64,000 nt of DNA, taken from positions 12,229 to 76,228 of the forward strand of contig JBLMXH010000067.1 in assembly GCA_050257685.1 (NCBI GenBank), given 5' to 3'. The position numbers and the translations under genes are program-made. Source of the stretch: Nitrospirota bacterium. Lineage in GTDB: Bacteria > Verrucomicrobiota > Verrucomicrobiia > Chthoniobacterales > UBA10450. The notes under the pieces were generated by a model. That model did not search any database and had not been told where the DNA came from. It saw nothing but the letters and a program-made list of their open reading frames with translations. This document shows, piece by piece, positions 28,578 through 38,539 of the stretch (positions within the stretch are counted from its first letter, which is position 1; every line of letters starts with the position of its first letter).

Positions 28578-29171
28578 CTAATTCTTCGGCGCCTTGAGCT
28601 CAGCGAGTTTTTCTTCGGCGCTGGTTACGTCGGATTTGTGCGCACTGCCGAGCTTCAGCAGTCTTTGCTGACGACGCAGATTCGCTTCGGCAAATTCAAG
28701 CTCGGCGCCCTCCCGTTTCGCTACTGCTTTTTGCTCGGCTTCGATCAATTGCGTTAGCGCTTGTTTCGCAACTTCCAATTCTTGCTTCGTAGCTTCACCA
28801 GAGGCCACCCGCGATTCCTGCTCGACGACTGTTCCTTTGGCTTGGGCAACTCGAGCGCTTGCCAGTTCAGCTTCGCATTTGATCGCCTTCAACGCGCGCT
28901 GCTCCACTTCGACCTTCGCAAGTACGCCGATTTTCCATAGGCGCTCCGCCCCCGCAGCATTTCGTTTCGCACGCTCCAGTTTTTTTTCGCACCGGGCAAT
29001 GTCGCCGTCGGGCGTTGCCGCCTCGGCCAGTTCGTCAGAAAGGTTTTGCTTCAATATTGGCGGCTCGATGTCGAACTCGCCGGGCTCAGCAGAGTTGCTC
29101 GCCTCATCCGCAGCTAATGCGATCATCGCGCTGGCAAGAAACGTCACCGGCAACGCGATCGCGCGGAGCAT
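28578..29171 (-). CDS. Hypothetical secreted coiled-coil protein
   Basis: A signal peptide (LPVTFLASAMIALAA) is followed by Ala/Glu/Lys-rich helical sequence. I recognise no family. Confidence 0.55.
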   Translation of the reverse strand: MLRAIALPVTFLASAMIALAADEASNSAEPGEFDIEPPILKQNLSDELAEAATPDGDIARCEKKLERAKRNAAGAERLWKIGVLAKVEVEQRALKAIKCEAELASARVAQAKGTVVEQESRVASGEATKQELEVAKQALTQLIEAEQKAVAKREGAELEFAEANLRRQQRLLKLGSAHKSDVTSAEEKLAELKAPKN

Positions 29172-29417
29172 GCTGGCAGTTTATCACAAGATTAGGTTGG
29201 GGAACACGTTGTCTTCAACGCGTAGGAAACGCCGCTTCGATGCCCAAATATTCTCGCTTTTGGCGATTCGTTCGTCATCGTCTTGGCACAAATCAATCCA
29301 CCTAAGTTCATAAAATTTTTCTTTTCATCCGCCGCTCTCTTTCTGTAGAAGACGGACCCGGAGGGATTTATCTATCCGGTCAATCGTCAAATTCTGCTAG
29401 TTGTCGTCATCTCAGGA

Positions 29418-29894
29418 TTGATCCTTCCATCCGCATGGGCGGATCTTTTTCCAAGTTCCGGACCCACTATATCCGCAAAAAATGCGCGCCTTAAATTCGG
29501 GAAAGCGGCCGCACCGAAGAATGCGCCGCTTCAAGTAAAACGCGCGATCTGGGCGGCCAATCAACTTCGATCAAAACCGTATCGGTACGGCGGGGGCCAC
29601 AAGTCATTCGATGACCACGGTTACGATTGTTCAGGCACGATCTCTTATGTACTTGCCGCGGCAGGGTTGATCAGCACACCGATGAGCTCAACCGAGTTTC
29701 GCAGCTATGGCGAACGCGGCGCCGGCAAATGGATCACCATCTACGCGCGCGAAGGTCACACATTCGCAGTGATCGCCGGGCTGCGGCTCGACACCACACC
29801 ATTTGATCATTACACAGGCAAGTGGGCGCCTCGTTGGTATCCAGTTTACCGCCCGCCGCATGGGTTTGACGCGAGGCACCCGGTCGGATTGTAG
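29418..29894 (+). CDS. NlpC/P60 (C40) family cell-wall peptidase (true start probably upstream)
   Basis: The catalytic Cys context is YRYGGGHKSFDDHGYDCSGTISYVL, and the His lies in EGHTFAVIAG. The in-frame upstream sequence encodes the missing signal peptide. See the corresponding finding. Confidence 0.75.
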   Translation: MILPSAWADLFPSSGPTISAKNARLKFGKAAAPKNAPLQVKRAIWAANQLRSKPYRYGGGHKSFDDHGYDCSGTISYVLAAAGLISTPMSSTEFRSYGERGAGKWITIYAREGHTFAVIAGLRLDTTPFDHYTGKWAPRWYPVYRPPHGFDARHPVGL

Positions 29895-30115
29895 CGCAAA
29901 GAAACCGTCGCCAATGAGGGCGCGAGCATCCGCCAGAATTGTAGGGCAACCGCTCCGGTTGCCGTCGCGGCATTTGGCAGGCGAAGCGTCTGGCCTAGAA
30001 TTATTCCGTCTTGGATGATCCGAAAGGGTGCACGCAAAACGCGCGTGCCCAGATTACCTGGTCTAACTTGGACCTTTCGTCATTTGTTAGTCCCGTTAGA
30101 ATTTGGCAAAACAAA

Positions 30116-31330
30116 ATGCACAACCTTCGTTTCGCATCCTTCTGCGCCGTCGCACTAATTGCGCTTAACTCTGCTTCTGCGCAGGCCGGTGCTTCCGGCG
30201 ATGTTTTCACGCCCGTGATTGCGTCAACGCTTTCGTCGGAGGCTCACCCAATCCTTGGCACCGACGGTGCCTATCACGTTGTTTACGAATTGCAGCTTAC
30301 CAATACCAAGTCGGTCCAGGCTACGCTCCAGAAGATCGAGGTGTTGGCGGGCCCAAGCGCATCTCAGGTCATCACCAGTTTTTCCGATGCCGACCTTGTA
30401 AAGCGCCTCCGAACACTCGCGCCGCAACCCGCTACCGACGCAACGATTGAGCCTAACGGAGGTCGCCTTTTTTATGTTGAACTGACCTTCAAGAATGCAA
30501 CGGAGGTTCCCAAGCTGCTCGAACACCATCTGCACCTGATTGGCGCGCCTAATCCCGGGCCCGCGAAGCCAGCACCTCTGAATTACGTAGTCGCTCCAAT
30601 AAAAATCGCGGACGCCAAGCCATTGATCATCGGTCCGCCGCTGGCGGGCGCAGGCTGGGTGGCGGCCAACGGCTGCTGCAATCCGGATATTACCCATCGT
30701 GGGTCCGTGCAAAGCGTTAACGGCGCGCTGTACGACTCGCAACGGTTTGCCATTGATTGGATGCGCCTGGACGAACAGGGGCGTCTAGTCCACGGCGACG
30801 AGGGCGACGTCCATAATTACAGCGACTACGGCGCGGACGTCTTGGCGGTAGCCGATGCCAAGGTCGTTAGTGTGTTGAATGATCTCGACGACCAGATTCC
30901 GGGCCGTTTGCCGGAACCGAGTTCGATTACCATCGAAACCGTGGACGGTAATCATGTCGTGCTCGACCTCGGCGGTGGGCGTTTCGCTTTCTATGCACAC
31001 CTGCAGAAAGATTCCGTTACGGTCCGCCCCGGCGATTCGGTTAAGAAGGGCGCGGTTTTAGGAAAACTCGGAAACACAGGGAACACCTCTGCGCCGCATC
31101 TGCACTTCCATATTATGAACCGCCCGTCACCCATGGCTGCCAACGGAATTCCTTACCTGATCGACGCCTTTGATTTTTCCGGACAAATAGACATCGCGGG
31201 ATTCGAGGCCGCTCCCGCTCTGGCAGGCGATTGGGGCAAAGGGCGGATCGCTAAACCCGAACCGCGCCGGCGCCAATTCCCGCTCAATCTCAACATCATC
31301 AATTTCGCGCCGGCGGCTGCTCCCAGGTAA
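30116..31330 (+). CDS. M23 family metallopeptidase
   Basis: Signal peptide from ATG 30116. The M23 motifs are HxxxD (HGDEGD region) and GNTGNTSAPHLHFHIM. The N-terminal domain of about 200 aa is unassigned. Confidence 0.9.
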   Translation: MHNLRFASFCAVALIALNSASAQAGASGDVFTPVIASTLSSEAHPILGTDGAYHVVYELQLTNTKSVQATLQKIEVLAGPSASQVITSFSDADLVKRLRTLAPQPATDATIEPNGGRLFYVELTFKNATEVPKLLEHHLHLIGAPNPGPAKPAPLNYVVAPIKIADAKPLIIGPPLAGAGWVAANGCCNPDITHRGSVQSVNGALYDSQRFAIDWMRLDEQGRLVHGDEGDVHNYSDYGADVLAVADAKVVSVLNDLDDQIPGRLPEPSSITIETVDGNHVVLDLGGGRFAFYAHLQKDSVTVRPGDSVKKGAVLGKLGNTGNTSAPHLHFHIMNRPSPMAANGIPYLIDAFDFSGQIDIAGFEAAPALAGDWGKGRIAKPEPRRRQFPLNLNIINFAPAAAPR

Positions 31331-31655
31331 TCGAGCGGAGCTCAGTGAAAGGCGACACATTTGCGTGAGCGCTGTAGCGTTCGCTGTTCTCAGCGGATCG
31401 TGCTCGGGGCGCCTTACCTGGATACAATGCGCTGAGGAAAGCTCACGTTTACAGTGCCAGATGACGGGAAGGCTTGAAGTGCGAGCTACAAAATGGCACA
31501 TCGAACAAAGCGACGCGACGACGCGTGCGCACTCCCAAAGCACTATCATGCGAAATGGTTGGGCATGGTTCTATTTTGCGTAGGCTTTGGGAGCGCGATG
31601 CGTCCTCGCATCGCTTTCACGTTTCCCGTGATTCTTATGCGCGCTCGCGGTTTAC

Positions 31656-32336
31656 TTGATTTTGGACTTTCTCTTAAGCCTTCGGGTGAGTATTGGAGTT
31701 CTTCTCGTGGCAGACACAGATCGGTTCGGGTTCACACCATCAGAATTGCGAAAGCTTCGCTCACTAAAAACGCCAGACGGTATCCAGAAGTTTCTCGACG
31801 ACCTGCCTTACAACCTTAACTACACGGCGCGTTCACCGAAGAAAGTCCTGGATGATCGCGTCGCGTCATGTCTCGAAGGCGGAATTTTTGCCGCAGCCGC
31901 GCTGCGCATAATCGGTTTTCCGCCATTGATCTTCGATTTGGAAGCGGAGCAGGACACCGACCACGTCGTCGCGATTTTCAAGGTGCGCGGACATTGGGGT
32001 GCGGTCGCGAAATCGAATTTTACGGGCTGCCGTTATCGTGAGCCTGTGTATCGCAGCCTGCGAGAGTTGGCCATGAGTTATTTCAATATCTACTTCAACC
32101 TGCGCGGCGAACGCACTCTGCGGCGGTACTCGCGTCCGGTAAACCTGGCGCGATTTGATGAACGTAACTGGATGGCCACGGAAAAACCGACCTGGTTCAT
32201 CGCCGAATACCTCTGCGAAATCCCGCACATTTCATTGCTCACCCCGGCAATGGAAAAAAATCTCACGCGCATCGATCGCCGAACCATGTCCGGCGAAATG
32301 GTCGGCCACAGAACAATTCGCCAGCATAACAAATGA
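31656..32336 (+). CDS. Putative papain-fold (transglutaminase-like) protein
   Basis: A candidate Cys (RVASCLEGGIFAAAAL) and a candidate His (DTDHVVAIFKV) have spacing consistent with a Cys-His catalytic core. This is a by-eye call and the start is uncertain. Confidence 0.4.
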   Translation: MILDFLLSLRVSIGVLLVADTDRFGFTPSELRKLRSLKTPDGIQKFLDDLPYNLNYTARSPKKVLDDRVASCLEGGIFAAAALRIIGFPPLIFDLEAEQDTDHVVAIFKVRGHWGAVAKSNFTGCRYREPVYRSLRELAMSYFNIYFNLRGERTLRRYSRPVNLARFDERNWMATEKPTWFIAEYLCEIPHISLLTPAMEKNLTRIDRRTMSGEMVGHRTIRQHNK

Positions 32337-32411
32337 CAATTGGTCCCACACCGGCGTTATAGTCGTTGCGAAAAATTTGATAAGCAATTGGTTAGGCCGA
32401 TCGTTAGGGCT

Positions 32412-32897
32412 ATGAACACTCGCATAGCCGCGGCGATATTGCTTGTCATCTGTCCAGTCGCTACAGCACTGGCCGATACGAAGGTTGTTTTGCCGCACTC
32501 TCAACGTTTCGCCAAGAGTGGTAGAGATTTCCTTCTCGAAACAACTATTCCGGGCGACTTCAAAACGCTGGAAGGCGTGGTGTGGGGGTTGCTCACATTG
32601 TCGTCGCAGTGCCCGAACAAAGATTTTTCGGCGCCTTTTTTTCCTGATACCATAAGTTCGACGTCGCAACGCGACGGTGCACAGCCTCTTTACATGTACT
32701 ATCGCGGCTTACGGCGAGATGGCCGGAAGGTGATTGTTTGTTTTACCGGTGATGCTTATCGCTACCTCAATAACACCGCTGCCATTCAAGAACTCGTGAA
32801 AGGCGCGTTAGAGGCGACCATCAGACTGCACACTAACAAGTCGACGATTGTTGATTACGAGATCGATGGTGAAATCGTCGACGAATGGGACGCGTAA
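32412..32897 (+). CDS. Hypothetical secreted protein
   Basis: ATG 32412 gives the signal peptide MNTRIAAAILLVICPVATALA. I recognise no family. Confidence 0.5.
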   Translation: MNTRIAAAILLVICPVATALADTKVVLPHSQRFAKSGRDFLLETTIPGDFKTLEGVVWGLLTLSSQCPNKDFSAPFFPDTISSTSQRDGAQPLYMYYRGLRRDGRKVIVCFTGDAYRYLNNTAAIQELVKGALEATIRLHTNKSTIVDYEIDGEIVDEWDA

Positions 32898-32933
32898 TAA
32901 ACCCGTACAGATTCGCCTTGTCCCAAAGTCATG

Positions 32934-33662
32934 TCATTCGTAGCTGATCGGTATCCGAACCTGGGAAACGGAACCGGGTTTAAATCGCCAGCTTTTGAAA
33001 GTTTGGATAGTGAGTTTGTCGAGTAGCGGACTGCCGGTGCTTTGGGACATCGTTGCGTCAGTCACTGTTCCAGTCGCCCTGTCAACAGTGACAACACAAA
33101 TGCCGCTGCCGTTGAGATTGCGGCGTTTCATTTCGTACGTGTACTCAGGTAACGGTGCAGTGGTTGCCATGGATTGTGCGACCGAAAGCGATATCGGAAC
33201 GGGCGCCGAAATGCTGGGCGCCTCCGGCTCCACAACAACAGCAGGTCGCGGCCGTTTTCTTGGTCGAGTTTTTCTTTGGTGAGGCACAGCGACGACTGCC
33301 GGTTGTTCCGCAGAAGAGGCTTCTTCGGTCGGAGTCGCCGGTGTCTGATTCGGTGGGATTGAGGCGGTGTTCCGGTTGGACTCGATCTTTTTCTCTTCCC
33401 GCGGGGCGATCTGTGCTGGCACTTCTGCTGCAGCGGGCGGCTGCTCGGGTACAGGAGCAGCATCTTGCTTCGCCGCGGTTGCGACAGTTTGCGAGTTCGC
33501 TTCGCCTTTCTTCTTTTTGGGCTTCTGAACTTGAATCATCTCGCCGGTCTGAAATTGATCCGGAAGATTCGCCGAGGTCGCCTCCTGAGATCGACTCAAC
33601 TGGGCACCAGCGAAACAAACACCCGTGCACACAATCAAGAAGCTTACGCCGCGGGCAGGCAT
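32934..33662 (-). CDS. Energy transducer TonB family protein
   Basis: It has an N-terminal anchor, a long Pro/Ala/Glu-rich spacer and a C-terminal TonB-type domain (GSGICVVTVDRATGTVTDATMSQSTGSPLLDKLTIQTFKSWRFKPG). Confidence 0.8.
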   Translation of the reverse strand: MPARGVSFLIVCTGVCFAGAQLSRSQEATSANLPDQFQTGEMIQVQKPKKKKGEANSQTVATAAKQDAAPVPEQPPAAAEVPAQIAPREEKKIESNRNTASIPPNQTPATPTEEASSAEQPAVVAVPHQRKTRPRKRPRPAVVVEPEAPSISAPVPISLSVAQSMATTAPLPEYTYEMKRRNLNGSGICVVTVDRATGTVTDATMSQSTGSPLLDKLTIQTFKSWRFKPGSVSQVRIPISYE

Positions 33663-33871
33663 GGCGAAAATGTCCGCCCCGTGTCACGAACGTCAACTTA
33701 CGGGTTGACGATGAAATGCTGGAAAGCGCGGGCCCTCGCCCTCGCCTTTTCGGCGTCCGCGCCGAAAGCTTTCCAAAATGTATCGCGAAACCCGTGACAT
33801 ACGGGCAAAACACTCCCCCGCTGTCTGTTGCTTGAACTTTGTTATGAAGGGGGAACGTTTCACAAACGCTT

Positions 33872-34105
33872 TTGGCGCTTATGCTTCTCGTCACCAGTAC
33901 TGACATCACCGTTTGGATTATTTCCGTGCTGCTTGCACTCGGCATTGGGGCCGGTAAATACGCAAAATGGAGGGCGCGCAACCAGCTTGTGCGCGAGCTG
34001 GCAGCAATGGACCGTGAGCGTCGCGAAAAAGTGCTGAGCCGCATGAATCCAACACAGGCGATGGAAGCACGCCAGGAATTAATGCGACGATTTAACATTT
34101 TCTGA
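33872..34105 (+). CDS. Hypothetical small membrane protein
   Basis: 77 aa with one TM helix followed by a charged helix. Support is weak. Confidence 0.35.
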   Translation: MALMLLVTSTDITVWIISVLLALGIGAGKYAKWRARNQLVRELAAMDRERREKVLSRMNPTQAMEARQELMRRFNIF

Positions 34106-34188
34106 ACCCGTCCTCTCGCGTTTTTAGCGCAACCAGATCGACTGCCAGCCAGGCAGGCGGAGCGCCCGCGCTACAATTCGTCTGACTT

Positions 34189-34215
34189 GTCATTCTGAGC
34201 GAAGCGAAGAATCTC
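34189..34215. repeat. Family B element, solo half-site
   Basis: GTCATTCTGAGCGAAGCGAAGAATCTC has no matching right arm nearby. Confidence 0.6.
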
Positions 34216-34228
34216 TAATTTCGTTCCA

Positions 34229-34627
34229 ATGTCCTCTACCCCGTTTGAAATAAGTGTGTCAGTCATGACTGACGACATTGACGGGCAGAATCATGTTAAC
34301 AACACCGTTTACCTACGCTGGGTTCAGGAGGTTGCGACCGCGCATTGGCAGGCGATCGCCAGCAGCGAAGCACAAGAGAGCATCGGATGGGTAGTGTTGC
34401 GGCACGAGATCGATTACAAAGCGCCGGCCTGCCTGGGCGATGAGGTCCTGCTGCGCACATGGGTCGGCAAAGCGACCCGACTTATATTCGAACGGTTCAC
34501 GGAAATTCTGCGGAGCAGCGATAACCAGTTGTTGTCCAAGGCCAGGACGCTCTGGTGTCCGATCAATGCGCAAACCGGCCGACCGGTGCGCGTGCCGCTC
34601 GAAGTGCGCGAGCAGTTTTCGATCTAA
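34229..34627 (+). CDS. Acyl-CoA thioesterase, 4HBT/YbgC-like hotdog fold
   Basis: The segment DIDGQNHVNNTVYLRWVQEVATAHW carries the catalytic Asp context. The 132-aa length fits. Confidence 0.85.
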   Translation: MSSTPFEISVSVMTDDIDGQNHVNNTVYLRWVQEVATAHWQAIASSEAQESIGWVVLRHEIDYKAPACLGDEVLLRTWVGKATRLIFERFTEILRSSDNQLLSKARTLWCPINAQTGRPVRVPLEVREQFSI

Positions 34628-34761
34628 GCCAATCGCTCATCAAGCGCGGTGATGGTGCTGGTACCGGCGGTCTCTGACCGTCGAATTTCGAGGGCGGCGC
34701 TCGGCGAGCGCCGCTACAGGCGCGGTTGGACGCTTCAACGCTAAACGTTTAACCTTCGGCC

Positions 34762-35931
34762 TTGAGCACAGCACTCGAGTCACGCCCGGTTATCGCTTGT
34801 TATTGCGCGACGTTTCTCAAACCGGAGATGCTGCATATCTACCGGCAAATCACCGGCCTGAAACGATGCGCTCCGGTGGTGATCGCACAAAAACGCGAGA
34901 ATGCAGACCGCTATCCGTTCGAGGACGTCCACATCATTCCCAAACCGACAGCGCACATCCTTCGGCGGTTTTGGTTTCGACAATTGCGCGATCAGCCGTG
35001 GCAGATTTCCGATGCGGAGCTCGCCGAGTTGCTCAGGGTTTTAACTCAAACGCGCGCACGTCTTTTGCACATTTATTTTGGCCACATCGCCGTGCATCTT
35101 CTGCCGCTGATCCGGGCATGGAATAACCCTTCGATTGTTTCCTTCCACGGTGCCGATGTCATGGTTGACATGGATAAGGCGGCCTACCGAAAACCGACTT
35201 TGCAAATGCTGGACGCAGTCACGCTGGTTCTCGTTAGGTCAGGATCGTTGCGGCGCGCGCTCGTCGATCTCGGCTGCGATCCGGAAAAAATCGAGATCCA
35301 GCGCACCGGAATTCCACTGGAGGAATTCCCATTTCGCGAACGTGCCGTCCCGAAAAATCGCGAATGGCGACTCGTGCAGGCGGGCCGATTAATCGAAAAA
35401 AAAGGTCTGCCGGTAAGTCTTCGCGCTTTCTCAACTTTTTCGAAGCAACACCCAAATGCCACGCTAACCATTGCCGGTGAAGGACCTTTACTTCCCGAAC
35501 TCCGGAAATTTGCCCGAGAATTAGGTGTTGCTGACCGGGTCTCATTTGCGGGATTCGTTTCGCAGGAACAATTGCGTGAGATCTATTATCGCTCGCACAT
35601 TTTCCTGCATCCCAGCCAGACCGGTCGCGACGGCAATCAAGAAGGCATTCCAAATTCGATGCTTGAAGCAATGGCCACTGGACTGCCAGTGTTTGCTACC
35701 GATCATGGCGGCATTCCCGAAGCGATCGAGAACGGCGTCAGCGGTATGCTTGTCCCTGAACGCGATGAGGAAGCATTAGCGCGAGCGTTGCTCAAAGCAG
35801 CAAAAGATCCCGATTTACTCTCGCGGATCGCGCGCGGCGGCGCCGACGCAGTTCGAAAGAAATTCGATCTCCATCAGCAAGCGCAGCGGCTGGAAGAACT
35901 TTATCTTCGATTGATCCGAAGGACGGCTTGA
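34762..35931 (+). CDS. Glycosyltransferase family 4 (GT-B, WcaL-like)
   Basis: The C-terminal domain carries the EX7E region: GNQEGIPNSMLEAMATGLPVFATDHGGIPEAIENGVSGMLVPE. Confidence 0.9.
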   Translation: MSTALESRPVIACYCATFLKPEMLHIYRQITGLKRCAPVVIAQKRENADRYPFEDVHIIPKPTAHILRRFWFRQLRDQPWQISDAELAELLRVLTQTRARLLHIYFGHIAVHLLPLIRAWNNPSIVSFHGADVMVDMDKAAYRKPTLQMLDAVTLVLVRSGSLRRALVDLGCDPEKIEIQRTGIPLEEFPFRERAVPKNREWRLVQAGRLIEKKGLPVSLRAFSTFSKQHPNATLTIAGEGPLLPELRKFARELGVADRVSFAGFVSQEQLREIYYRSHIFLHPSQTGRDGNQEGIPNSMLEAMATGLPVFATDHGGIPEAIENGVSGMLVPERDEEALARALLKAAKDPDLLSRIARGGADAVRKKFDLHQQAQRLEELYLRLIRRTA

Positions 35932-35969
35932 TGTGGATATTCCAATGACCAAATCGCAATAGCGGTTCT

Positions 35970-36119
35970 GGGGAGCGCACTCATTCCGAGTGCTGGTGCT
36001 CGCATCTTGCGATCACGGACGTTCACATCAACGCGACAACCAGAGATTCGGCCTATTTTCGACAAAAGTTCCGTCGCCACAGAATGCGGCGACCAGCATG
36101 CTATAAGCGTGCGCTCCCC
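35970..36119. repeat. Family A inverted-repeat element, copy 1
   Basis: The termini are GGGGAGCGCAC ... GTGCGCTCCCC. The 5' module matches copy 4. Confidence 0.85.
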
Positions 36120-36161
36120 GAAATTGCGCTACAACAAGCGGGAATTCTCGGCGGTCGCGTT

Positions 36162-36548
36162 TTACTGCCGGTGCCACTGCTGCGCGAGGTTCTGAATCCT
36201 TGGCTTGCAGACGTCGTTCACCAACATGAACGCCAAAGTGTTTGCGTCCGGTCGGCTGAACTTATACACGCCGGGGCCTTTGCAATTTTTGGGAGTCGCG
36301 CCTTTGCCGCGAGTCTCCTGAACTGTCATGGTGTCACCGGCAAGCGTGTATGTGCCCCAGATCTGTGCCTTTGGCTTTATAGATCTGACGTGAAACGTAC
36401 CGTCGGGATTGATCGTCCAAACCGTACCCAACGAGTTGGTCCACTGTCCGGCCACCGCGGCCGGTCCGGTTGGGACAGTTTCGCATCCAGCCATCACTGC
36501 CACTAAGACGAGTGCAAAGAGAATTCCGAGAATGTGTTGTCGCTTCAT
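36162..36548 (-). CDS. Hypothetical lipoprotein
   Basis: The sequence MKRQHILGILFALVLVAVMAGC contains a lipobox. Confidence 0.6.
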   Translation of the reverse strand: MKRQHILGILFALVLVAVMAGCETVPTGPAAVAGQWTNSLGTVWTINPDGTFHVRSIKPKAQIWGTYTLAGDTMTVQETRGKGATPKNCKGPGVYKFSRPDANTLAFMLVNDVCKPRIQNLAQQWHRQ

Positions 36549-36725
36549 GTCCGCCGTTTTATCTGAACACAATTGAAAGCGTCAAGCTCAAGGCTTGACG
36601 GCTTCGCAGCGCTCACGCCGCCTCGACGGCTAGAAAACCATCGTCCTTAGCCCTTACTGAACAGATTCATTGCAAACAACTTTGTCACTGAAGTAGAAGA
36701 AACCCTGGATCAACCGCTCACGCAT

Positions 36726-37157
36726 ATGGGAACATCGAGGCCAAACTGGTGGAAACGAAACTGGAAATGGTTCGTGCCGCTGGGCTGTTTCACTGTAGCG
36801 CTGCTGTTTCTTGCGTTTGTTGGCTCGATACTCCTGATCGTTTTCAGCGCGATGAAATCGACTGACGTTTACAAGGAGGCATTAGCCCGGGCTAAGGAGA
36901 ATCCTGCTGTAATTGAAGCACTCGGTTTACCTATCAAGGACGGATTTCTCATGTCGGGGAACACAAACGTGAACGGCGCATCCGGTGAATCCAATCTGGC
37001 GATTCCCATCTCCGGCCCCAAGGGAAAGGGAACAATTTACGTCTCGGCAAACAAGTCGCTCGGGCAGTGGAATTATTCGGGGCTCGTCGTGGAACTCCGG
37101 CAAACTCATGAACGGATCGATCTTCTTCATCAACCGACGTCGTCTAATTCGCGCTGA
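36726..37157 (+). CDS. Coa1-like (cytochrome oxidase assembly protein 1 family) membrane protein
   Basis: A single N-terminal TM helix is followed by the pattern STDVYKEALARAKENPAVIEALGLPIK...G.A.L.IPISGPKGKGTIYV, which I recall from bacterial PF08695 members. Confidence 0.5.
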   Translation: MGTSRPNWWKRNWKWFVPLGCFTVALLFLAFVGSILLIVFSAMKSTDVYKEALARAKENPAVIEALGLPIKDGFLMSGNTNVNGASGESNLAIPISGPKGKGTIYVSANKSLGQWNYSGLVVELRQTHERIDLLHQPTSSNSR

Positions 37158-37206
37158 TTTGTCGAGTTCGCTACAGGAGGGGTGATCGCGCAGCTATTCC
37201 CTTCCG

Positions 37207-37318
37207 GGGGAGCGCACGCATCCTGCGTCCGGCATCCTGCCGGATGCATTCCATTTGTAAGATTCAGATCAGTCCGCCGCAGGATGCGGCGAACAGCACG
37301 CTGGAAGCGCGCGCTCCC
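37207..37318. repeat. Family A inverted-repeat element, copy 2
   Basis: GGGGAGCGCACGCATCCTGCG...GGCATCCTGCCGGATGC...CGCCGCAGGATGCGGCGAACAGCACGCTGGAAGCGCGCGCTCCC. Confidence 0.85.
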
Positions 37319-37383
37319 GAATCAGATGCCATGAAAACTCCACGCAGAGTTTACGTCTGACGCTGCGCACGTAATCTTGATGC

Positions 37384-38424
37384 ATGTCGATTTCTGAGGA
37401 GCAAGTGAGGAGCGCATTGCGAGCTGTAAAATATCCCGGTTTCAGTCGCGATATCGTTTCATTCGGATTGGTCAAATCGATCCAGATTGACAACGGAGAG
37501 GTGAAGGTGCAACTCGCACTCGCGACTAATGATCCCAATGTGCCCGCAACGATCAAAAATGATGCGGAACGCGCCCTGGGCACGATCGAAGGCATTCGCA
37601 GCGCAAAAGTCTTGATCGACATCCATGCGCCCCCCGGGGGTGCGGGAGCGGCCGCAGTCGCCACGCGGATCCCCGGCATCAGACATGTTATCGCCGTGGC
37701 GAGCGGTAAAGGCGGCGTAGGAAAATCAACAGTCGCGGTAAATCTTGCAGTGGCACTGGAGCAAAGCGGCGCACGCGTCGGTCTGTGCGATTGCGACATT
37801 TATGGTCCGAGCATTTCCCTGATGTTCGGCACGCGGGAGCGACCAATGGCGACGGATGAAAACATGATCGTGCCGATCGAGCAATACGGGTTGCGGCTGA
37901 TGTCGATGGGATTTCTGCTGGATGACACTTCGCCAGCGATTTTGCGCGGACCGATGGTGACGCGCTACACGCAACAATTCCTGCGGCAGGTCGAATGGGG
38001 CGAACTGGATTACCTGGTGCTCGATCTTCCGCCCGGAACAGGCGATATCCAGTTGACCATAGTGCAGACTGTCGCGTTATCGGGAGCGATCATCGTTACT
38101 ACGCCGCAGGAGGTGGCGTTAATCGATGCGCGCAAAGCGGCAACCATGTTTGAAAAGGTCAACGTGCCGGTGCTCGGTCTGATCGAGAACATGAGTTATT
38201 TCGTCTCGCCGTCGGATAATAAACGGTATGACATTTTCGGCTCAGGAGGCGGAGAGCGTGAAGCCAAACGGTTGCGTGTCCAATTGCTGGGCAAAATTCC
38301 AATCGATATCGCCACGCGGGAGGGTGGCGACCGCGGGATACCAATTGTAAGCGAGGACCTGAAATCGCCTGTGACTGCCGAATTTAAGCGGATTGCCCAG
38401 GAAATTCGTAAGTCGCTGCCGTAG
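37384..38424 (+). CDS. apbC: Mrp/NBP35 family iron-sulfur cluster carrier ATPase
   Basis: An N-terminal DUF59-like domain is followed by the deviant Walker A motif VASGKGGVGKSTVAVNLA. Confidence 0.95.
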   Translation: MSISEEQVRSALRAVKYPGFSRDIVSFGLVKSIQIDNGEVKVQLALATNDPNVPATIKNDAERALGTIEGIRSAKVLIDIHAPPGGAGAAAVATRIPGIRHVIAVASGKGGVGKSTVAVNLAVALEQSGARVGLCDCDIYGPSISLMFGTRERPMATDENMIVPIEQYGLRLMSMGFLLDDTSPAILRGPMVTRYTQQFLRQVEWGELDYLVLDLPPGTGDIQLTIVQTVALSGAIIVTTPQEVALIDARKAATMFEKVNVPVLGLIENMSYFVSPSDNKRYDIFGSGGGEREAKRLRVQLLGKIPIDIATREGGDRGIPIVSEDLKSPVTAEFKRIAQEIRKSLP

Positions 38425-38539
38425 GGACACATCCGGCGCACCCGCCACAAACGGAATAATTTCGCGATTCACTCGTCCAATTGTGGTGTTTCATTCTTGT
38501 TGTGGCAAAGCCGTTCGGAGTTGACTACGTGAAGATCTT

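Noticed and set aside
33145-34098. 317-aa minus-strand ORF and 226-aa plus-strand ORF (33155-33835) overlapping the TonB gene.
   Set aside because: These are alternative-frame readings of the Pro/Ala-rich TonB spacer. The TonB frame carries the recognisable C-terminal domain and an N-terminal anchor.
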